Positions 17,705-25,000 of a DNA stretch of 64,000 bases are shown in pieces. The stretch comes from an uncultured Bacteroides sp. (GTDB lineage Bacteria > Bacteroidota > Bacteroidia > Bacteroidales > Muribaculaceae): positions 7,915-71,914 of the forward strand of contig CAZGTD010000006.1 in NCBI GenBank assembly GCA_964528425.1, read 5' to 3'. Made by a program: the position numbers and the translations under genes. How positions within the stretch are numbered: the first letter of the stretch is position 1; each line of letters begins with the position of its first letter. The notes below the pieces were generated by a model that saw only the letters and a program-made list of their open reading frames with translations, was not told the origin of the DNA and ran no database searches.

Positions 17705-17804
17705 TATACCCTTTTGGGTGCAAAGATAATAAAAATACTCTAATCTACACCATAAAGGGTATAAAATATTCATAATAATCAGAAAATATACCCTTTGGGG
17801 TATA
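17705..17804. promoter_or_regulatory. Three 16-18 nt operator-like boxes upstream of hipB
   Basis: Box 1 is TATACCCTTTTGGGTG (17705-17720). Box 2 on the opposite strand is TATACCCTTTATGGTG (17748-17763). Box 3 is the palindrome TATACCC-TTTG-GGGTATA (17787-17804). Confidence 0.6.
17721..17728 (-). promoter_or_regulatory. -7 promoter box (TATCTTTG on the minus strand) for hipBST
   Basis: CAAAGATA on the plus strand, 18 nt upstream of the hipB ATG and immediately next to operator box 1. Confidence 0.5.
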
Positions 17805-17974
17805 ACGGGCGGGCATGGAAATAGAATGAACGATCGCGTGGCGACCTCCTGTGCTGCCGTTATTTTGTCGGGAGGATTTTATGCAAATTTTCAGTGGCAC
17901 TGCAAAATTACATAAAAATGTTCTAACAAGCAAATTTTCGGGGGAATCTACGGTCGGGAGGTGGAATGGGGGCG

Positions 17975-17982
17975 TAACTTTG
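17975..17982 (+). promoter_or_regulatory. -7 promoter box TAACTTTG
   Basis: Lies 9 nt upstream of the ATG at 17992. Confidence 0.5.
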
Positions 17983-17991
17983 CGGTAAAAA

Positions 17992-19896
17992 ATGGTTATG
18001 GAGAGATTTGTGTTACCGAAGTGCGGGGAGTTTAGCCGCGAAGATAATTATTGCGAGAATCTGCGCCCGGCGGCGGTTGCCGGCTCAGTGGGGCTGGTGC
18101 CGGTGGGGCGTCCGCGGGCGGTTATGAGTGCGGGGGCCCATGTTTGTGTGCTCCCCGACGGGCGGATAGTCAGCGTTGGCCGCGACCACCGCACAGTGAG
18201 CGTCAATGGCGCCGACGTCGGGCTGCTCGGCGCGGATTTTCGTGCGGCGATGGCTGATGGCGACCGAATTGCCATATTTACCGATGCAGGTGTGCAATGG
18301 GTGGCGGCGGGACAGCTCCAGGCCGATGAGGCGGAGGCGATTGATGTCGGGCTGAGTGTGGCGCCGGCAGTTGTGGAACTGTCGGCCGCTCTCGACCTTC
18401 CATCGAAACTAAAGGGGAGTTACGCGCGGCTGAGCGGGCCGTTGCAGGATGTTGATTGTCAAACGTTTTCGGCAGCGTTCGCTAAGGCTATGAAATCGCT
18501 GTCGGCCCAGGCCGCGCTGCGGGGAATGTTGACGCAACCGGCCCTGATTGGCTGGCGTATGCTCGATGTCGATGGGCGCGTGGTTGCCCAAGGGGAGCCG
18601 CGCCGGTTCGGGTCACTTCAAGGGTGCGAAACTGTTGCCTTTACGGCCACAAAAGATGGATCGACTTTTACGCTGACGGGCTATGGAGCCATGAAGGCAG
18701 ATGCGTGGAGCGTGAGGCTCCGGGTTGGGCGTTCGGCCTCGGAATTCTGGCGCCGGCGGGCGCGGGTGCTTGAGGTGATTGCCTATCGCAATGGCGCGGC
18801 GGTTGCGGGCGTTACCGGGCATTTTGCCGAAAAATCAGGCTCGGAGTCCACTCTTTCGGTAGCGCCGGTTATTGTTGATGCCACGCCGGCCGATGGGGTG
18901 GTTGCCGCGCGGTTCGACCTGCCGCTCGAAGGACTCGACACAACGGTGTTTTTAACCGACCTCGGGTCGCTCAATATACCTGAGCCGACGGAGGACGCAG
19001 AGTTTATTCCAACCGAGGTTTGCTATGGCGGCACGTTGCGGCTTTATGCGCTCAGCGGCGAGCCGGGCGTCGTTGGCGTTGCCCGCGCATCTGATCCGCT
19101 GACCTTGCGGATTAAGGGTAGAATATGCGAAGGCAGCATTTTGCGGATATGTGCGCCTGCCGGTAGTGGCGGAGGCTGGAACTACGGCCGCCATCATTTT
19201 CTGGCGTTCACAACTGCGGGTATCTATGCCGTTAGCGTTGACACTGCGCTTAAATCGCTTTCGGCCATTCAGATTTCGGCCGAGAGCGTAGTCCGGGCCG
19301 ATGCGGTGGCCGGCGGGGTGAATGCGGTTTTTTGTGTAACTGCCGGCGGAAAGTTGCTGAAGCTAACCGGTTCGCGTGTGAGTCGGATTGATTTGCCTCA
19401 CAATGCGGTTGCCGTCGGTTGGTCGGCTCAATATTCTGAACTTTGGGTTGCCGACAGCGCAGGCTCTGTGTTGACCCTCACAACCGGTGGCGGAGCCTAT
19501 GCCCGCAAGGGGGTGACCGTCGGCGGATTTGTGGAGCCCGGATTTGCCATATCGTCGTCGGGCGAGTTGCTGACCCTTAATGATGAGGAGCCCGAGACCA
19601 TGAGCGTGTGCTGGCTTCGTCGCTGCCCGGAAGCGGCAACATCCGTTAATCGTCGCGACGAGCTGCTGATCGACTCGGCGCAGGCCACCGATTTAAGGAT
19701 TATCGTTTCGGGCGATGGCGGCGGAGGGCGGCGCCGGTTTGTGGAACTTAAAATCAACGGCGAGGTCAACGCGCCGCTGAAGCTCAATTACAGAGCTCCG
19801 CACCGGGCCTATAAAACGCTGGAAATCAATGGGCGGCTGGCTGCCGGGAGTCGGCTGGTAGGTTTGAGGCCGCAGAGCCGAATGCGAAAGTGCTGA
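17992..19896 (+). CDS. Hypothetical 634-aa protein (GC-rich ORFan, no signal peptide)
   Basis: Uninterrupted 1905-nt ORF with its own -7 box. I recognise no motif. Sampled lines are 70-83% GC, and G-ending codons (gcg, ccg, cgg, ggg) dominate. Confidence 0.6.
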   Translation: MVMERFVLPKCGEFSREDNYCENLRPAAVAGSVGLVPVGRPRAVMSAGAHVCVLPDGRIVSVGRDHRTVSVNGADVGLLGADFRAAMADGDRIAIFTDAGVQWVAAGQLQADEAEAIDVGLSVAPAVVELSAALDLPSKLKGSYARLSGPLQDVDCQTFSAAFAKAMKSLSAQAALRGMLTQPALIGWRMLDVDGRVVAQGEPRRFGSLQGCETVAFTATKDGSTFTLTGYGAMKADAWSVRLRVGRSASEFWRRRARVLEVIAYRNGAAVAGVTGHFAEKSGSESTLSVAPVIVDATPADGVVAARFDLPLEGLDTTVFLTDLGSLNIPEPTEDAEFIPTEVCYGGTLRLYALSGEPGVVGVARASDPLTLRIKGRICEGSILRICAPAGSGGGWNYGRHHFLAFTTAGIYAVSVDTALKSLSAIQISAESVVRADAVAGGVNAVFCVTAGGKLLKLTGSRVSRIDLPHNAVAVGWSAQYSELWVADSAGSVLTLTTGGGAYARKGVTVGGFVEPGFAISSSGELLTLNDEEPETMSVCWLRRCPEAATSVNRRDELLIDSAQATDLRIIVSGDGGGGRRRFVELKINGEVNAPLKLNYRAPHRAYKTLEINGRLAAGSRLVGLRPQSRMRKC

Positions 19897-21748
19897 GCCG
19901 AGAAACCTTGCTGAGCAGGCGTTGCTGGAACGGCAGCGACAGCAGCCAGAGCAACGCACCGGCCGGGGCAAACCATGCGAAAAGCTTTCTTATGCGCGGC
20001 GATGTGGCAAACGGGTGGAATATGGCCAGGTTCTCTAAAATCGGCAGTCCGTTGAGGGCCGAGATTTCGCTTTGCGAGCGCGAGTTCGACGCATAGGCCA
20101 CTGCCGCTTCCACTTCGGCGTTGAGCGCTGAAATCGCCTCGGGTGCGATTCCGCCGCGCCAGTAGCGCCGGTAGCCGAGCGGACGCGGATAGTCGCCGAG
20201 AAAAGCGCGGGCGTCGGCGGCTACGGTGTTGAACATCGCCGCAGCCTCGGCCGGCTCGTAGTCTTCAATAACCACTTCCTTGACCGACAGTGCGCGGCGG
20301 TTATTGCCGAGCAATATTCTGATCAGGCGCATATAACTGTCGGCGTTGAACACCGCCGAATCCTTTACCGCCTTGTAGGTAACGAAGATGCCCAGCGGCA
20401 GCAGCACGGCTGAACTCAGCCAGATGCCTTGCCAGACCGGAATCTGGCCGTCGCGTGCAAGTCGATAGCCGGAATTGTCGATAATGTAGTAGAAAATAAA
20501 CAGAAAAACCGAAATTACCAGCGGAGTGCCTATTCCGCCCTTACGGATAATCGCACCGAGCGGGGCGCCGATAAAAAAGAATATCAGGCAGGCCAGCGAC
20601 AGGGTGAAGCGCCGGTAGAGCTCGATTTTGTGGCGGCGCAAGGTTTCCTGCTCGTCGCCGAGAAACATTGCCTGGCTCAGGCGTTCCATGCGCCGGCGGT
20701 CAATGGCGTTGCGGGCGTCCTGGGCAATCTGGCGGCGCAGGTCGAGGGTAAGCTGCGAGCGCTCGGCATCGGGATTGACCGGTTCGGGGGCTATGGCACC
20801 GGCGGTACGCTCCCGGTGCGGAATGGCCGCCGGCGTTATGCCGACAATCGGTTCGTTGACCATCTGGTTGCCTATGGAAGTGCCGATTGAGTCGAGCCGG
20901 CGCCCCATCGAGTCGATGCTCGCGCGCAGGCGTGCAACGTTTTTGCCGGCATAGGTCTGGCTCATTTCGTTTTCGTCGATCATCTCCAGATTCACGTCGA
21001 AAGCAACCGAAATGTGTTTGTTGGCAAACTCCTCGCGGCGATAAAGGCGGTTGCGCTCGCTTGCGCCTCCGCCCTGGCCCTCGCGCAGGTTCTCGAACAG
21101 TTCGCCGTGGTGCAGGTCAAGATACATGTGGGTCTTGTCGGGCGCTGTAGATAGCGTGGCGCTGTCGGCGCGTATAACCCTCGAACGCTCGAAACCCTGG
21201 CGGAAGTCATAGATCATCACCGAGCGGAGCATACCGCTCTCGCGGTCTTTTTCGGCAACGTAGATGTTCAGGTTCGGCAGCTGGTAGTTAAACTCGCCCT
21301 CCACAATGTCGAGCTCCGGGGTTTTCTGGCGCACGGATTTCAGCAGGGTCCACATTTTGGTCTGCGCCAGCGGCAAAACATTGTTCTGGAAGAAAAAAGC
21401 CCCGATGCTGACGAAAACCATCAATATAATCAAGGGCCGCATTACCCGGAACAGCGAAATTCCGCCGGCCTTCATGGCCGTAAGCTCCAGGCTTTCGCCG
21501 ATATTGCCGAAGGTCATCAGCGACGCCAGCAACACCGCCAGCGGCAGTGCCATCGGCACCATCGACAGCGCCGCGTAGAAAAACAGTTCGGAGAGCACCC
21601 CGATGCCTACGCCTTTGCCAACCAGATCCTGAAGGTGGAGCCATAGAAACTGCATCAACACGATAAACGTGCAGATCAGAAAGGTCATTGCAAACAGCGG
21701 CAAGAATTGCCGCAGCATAAACCAGTCGAGCTTCTTGAGTCCAAACAT
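19826..21748 (-). CDS. LptF/LptG-family LPS export permease
   Basis: 640 aa. The N-terminus LDWFMLRQFLPLFAMTFLICTFIVLMQFLW...LPLAVLLASLMTFGNIGESLELTAMKAGGISL is typical of YjgP/YjgQ permeases. Confidence 0.8.
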   Translation of the reverse strand: MFGLKKLDWFMLRQFLPLFAMTFLICTFIVLMQFLWLHLQDLVGKGVGIGVLSELFFYAALSMVPMALPLAVLLASLMTFGNIGESLELTAMKAGGISLFRVMRPLIILMVFVSIGAFFFQNNVLPLAQTKMWTLLKSVRQKTPELDIVEGEFNYQLPNLNIYVAEKDRESGMLRSVMIYDFRQGFERSRVIRADSATLSTAPDKTHMYLDLHHGELFENLREGQGGGASERNRLYRREEFANKHISVAFDVNLEMIDENEMSQTYAGKNVARLRASIDSMGRRLDSIGTSIGNQMVNEPIVGITPAAIPHRERTAGAIAPEPVNPDAERSQLTLDLRRQIAQDARNAIDRRRMERLSQAMFLGDEQETLRRHKIELYRRFTLSLACLIFFFIGAPLGAIIRKGGIGTPLVISVFLFIFYYIIDNSGYRLARDGQIPVWQGIWLSSAVLLPLGIFVTYKAVKDSAVFNADSYMRLIRILLGNNRRALSVKEVVIEDYEPAEAAAMFNTVAADARAFLGDYPRPLGYRRYWRGGIAPEAISALNAEVEAAVAYASNSRSQSEISALNGLPILENLAIFHPFATSPRIRKLFAWFAPAGALLWLLSLPFQQRLLSKVSRLSTFAFGSAASNLPADSRQPAAH

Positions 21749-21753
21749 GTCCG

Positions 21754-21761
21754 CAAAGTTA
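21754..21761 (-). promoter_or_regulatory. -7 promoter box (TAACTTTG on the minus strand)
   Basis: CAAAGTTA on the plus strand, 5 nt upstream of the lptF/G ATG (leaderless). Confidence 0.55.
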
Positions 21762-21767
21762 CGAAAA

Positions 21768-21981
21768 TAATTTTGAATGTTGAATCCGTAAGGAAGTGAG
21801 AATTGGGAATTGAGAATTGAGAAGTGAGAATTGGGAAGTGAGGTGTGAACTTGCGGGGGCGACGGCGGCTCGCCGTCGCGGCGCTGTAGCGGTATTGTGT
21901 GGGCGAGCCGCCCACACCCCCGGTTGCCCGCACACGCTCCCGCGCGTGACGGCCAAATTCAAAATTCAACATTCAAAATTA
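21768..21981. mobile_element. 214-bp MITE-like element with perfect 18-bp terminal inverted repeats
   Basis: The left end taattttgaatgttgaat (21768-21785) is the exact reverse complement of the right end attcaacattcaaaatta (21964-21981). Inside are low-complexity gagaattg(g/a)ga repeats and two hairpins with 9-bp stems and 3-nt loops: gcgacggcg-gct-cgccgtcgc and gtgtgggcg-agc-cgcccacac. Confidence 0.45.
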
Positions 21982-21985
21982 AAAA

Positions 21986-22010
21986 ATCCCGCCGGAGCGG
22001 GATTTTTTTT
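21986..22010. terminator. Bidirectional rho-independent terminator (downstream of the LRR gene)
   Basis: 7-bp stem atcccgc / gcgggat with a 4-nt loop, flanked by A6 and T8 runs. Confidence 0.7.
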
Positions 22011-22026
22011 CGGGTGTGTGTTTTTT

Positions 22027-25000
22027 TTAGATTGCGATTTTAGCTGTTTTGTCAGTGGTCTTGATAATGTAGATGCCGTGGGGCAGCCCTTCGATGGTGT
22101 TGCCTACCATGATGCCGCGCAGGTCGTAGACCTGCATGTTGCCGTCAACGCTCAGCTCGTCGATGCTCACCGTGCCGTTGATGTTGAGCAACACTTCGTT
22201 ATGGTCGGTCATGCTCGAGTGGATATACGACTCGTTGCGGCCTATGGCGCGGCAGTTGGCGGCGAATGCCGGGCGCCGGGTGTCGGGCAGCACGCAGAAC
22301 GCGTGGGCGCTTTCGGGCGCGTCGGCGGCAAACAGGTTGCCGCGCAGGTGGTTGTCGCTGCTTAGGGTGGTTAGTTCCTCGGTAGCGTCTTTCAGAATGC
22401 TGAGGGTAACCTCCGGCGAAGTCGATTTGATAATCACCGGTGTGCCGGCGGCAACGTAGTCATGGTCAACCTCGCTCAGGTCGAGCTTATTGCCGTTGAT
22501 CTGACCGGTGTAGACCTCGGCGTCGGTGCCGAATGCAAACGGCATGGTTATGTTGCCGAAGTAGCTGCCGTTGCTATACGCAAGGTCGTTCAGCGTAATC
22601 GAGGAGACTTCTTCGAGATACCACCATGAGTAGGCCGTTCCGGTAGCCCAGGTGGTTACGTGGGCGTTGTCGATGTTGGGAACGCTCAGCGCGCGCGAGC
22701 CGCCAACAAATGTGCCTCCGTTGGGCATTTCCTGGTCGAATGCTATTTCATTGCCGTTGCGAACTATATAAAAGAGGCCGGGTTCGGTGTCCGACGTGCC
22801 GTTTTGAATCTCTTGCGTGTGGTGAGCCTCGGCTATGTACGTGCCCTGGGCTGCCAGGGTAACTTTGTCGCCTACGGTTTCGATTCTAAACAGCTGCTGG
22901 GGGTTGCTTTCGTCGAGGTCGGCGGCAATGAGCATCTTGTCGTCGTCTATGGTCAGATACTTGCCGGCGTGGTGCTTGTTGTGGATGCGGTAAAGGGTGA
23001 GCGGAGTGCCGGGCTCTATGGGTTCGGGCGCTTCAGCAATAACCGCTACGGTGCATGAGGCAGTTACTTTGCCGTCGGCGCTTGTGGCGGTAACGGTGGC
23101 GGAGCCCTCGGCAATGGCCGTCAGCAGGCCCGAGTTGCTGATGCTGACAATCTGCGGGTTGGCGCTGCTCCAATGGATGCGCTTGTCGGTGGCATCGGCG
23201 GGGAGCACTTCGGCCTCAAGTTGGAATGTTGCGCCGGTTTCGAGAGTCAATTTTGTTTTGCTCAAATTGATTTCCGCAACCGGAATTATTTCCGCGATTT
23301 CATTGTTGATATAGCTCGGGGTGAATATTTCGTCGAGGTCGTTCATATCTTTGGCCGAAAGGTTGACGAAACGCCACCAGCAGCCCGGAGCGTCTTCATA
23401 GGCCGCAATGCATTTGCGCGGAACGTAGAGGTTAACGCCGTCATATTTCGTAAACGCATCGTCGTCGGCCTCCGGCGCGGCGGTGGTTTCGGAATAGATG
23501 GTTTCCAGGGCTTCGCAGCCGCTGAAGGCAGCGCTGCCGAGCGAGGGGGTGTTCAGCGCGATGCGCTGGAGGTTCGAGCAGTTGGCAAAAGCTCCCGCGC
23601 CGACCGGAGCACCGTCTTTAACGCGCACCTGCTCCAGGAACGAGGCCCCGGCGAATGCGTATGTGCCCACCGGCTTGGCGCCTTCAATAACCACGCTTGA
23701 AGCGAGTTCCGAGTCGTCGCCTATGTAGAGTTTGGCCGATGTGTTGCAGAGCGGGTTGGCCTCGGCGGTTTCAAAGTTTATGCGGGCCCAGGCGTTGGCG
23801 TTGCCGGTCTTAACCTTAGCCAGACTCGAGCAGCCGCTGAAGGCATTCGAGCCCACTGCTTCCACATAATCGCCCATTGTAACCATAGTCAGGCCGCTGC
23901 AGTTAGCGAAAGCAGATTCGCCGATCGACGTCACGGAGTTAGGAATGGTTATCCTATTCAATCCGCTGCAGCCGTAGAAAGCATAGCCGCCTATAGAAGT
24001 TACATAGTCGCTGATTGTTATATATTTGAGGTAGGTATTGCTGTGGAACGGAGGTATTGAATAGCTCAGATTTCGTCCGAGATACAACGTTTCGACCGGA
24101 CAATTATCAAAAGGCGAAGCTGCACTAACCCGAATATCAGTTACAGAGGCACAATCAGCCCCACTACTGGTAGAGCCATCTTTAGTGTATGAAAGGTTAA
24201 GAGTCACATCTTCTGCGGCAGAGAATACCTTACTATAGCTACCCGACTTTTTCCCACTTTCGGTTAGAACAGTCTCGCCATTAATTTTAACAATGAGTTT
24301 GTCGTAACCGGATTCGCTATCAACAGCGTAGTTAAAAGTCAACTCATCACCGGCAACGACCGAGAAGTTATATTCTTTTTGTGAGGTCGAACTATTCGAA
24401 TGGTTGGTTGAAGTCCAGTCGGGGAGTGTTGTGGAATGGCGTATGGATACTTCCCCGGGTGCACCACATTCTAAGATTGTTGTTCCATCCTCGATGGTTA
24501 TGCCTGCAAGTGATATGCAATCGCCGAAAGCAGACCCGCCTACCGAGGTTACGGAACTGGGGATGGTGAGTGAAGTCAGGCCGCTGCAATTGCGGAAAGC
24601 ACAGTCGCCGATTGAGGTTACGGAACTGGGGATTGTGAGAGAAGTCAGGCCACTGCAGCCGCCGAAAGAATAGCCGCCGATGGATGTAACTGAGTTGGGG
24701 ATGCTGATTGAAGTTAGGCTGCTGCAGCCTTTGAAAGCAGATTCTCCGATTTCGGTCACGGAGTTGGGGATAGTGAGAGAAGTCAGGCCGCTACAACCGT
24801 TGAAAGCCGAGCTGCCGATGGTGGTGACTGAGTTGGGGATAGTGAGTGAGGTCAGTCGGCTGCAGCCGTTGAAAGTAGATTCGCCGATTTCGGCCAAGGA
24901 GTTGGGGATTGAGAGCGAAGTCAGGCCGCTGCAGCCGGAGAAAGCCGAGTTGCTAATAGAGGTCACGGAGTTGGGGATTGAGAGCGAAGTCAGGCCGCTG

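Noticed and set aside
21685-22365. ORFs across the MITE-like element (for example 21817-22365 plus strand and 21685-21972 minus strand)
   Set aside because: Their translations consist of repeat-derived low-complexity peptides (SQFSILNSQF, RRGAVAV). They span a terminator and a promoter, so they are artefacts of the repeat.
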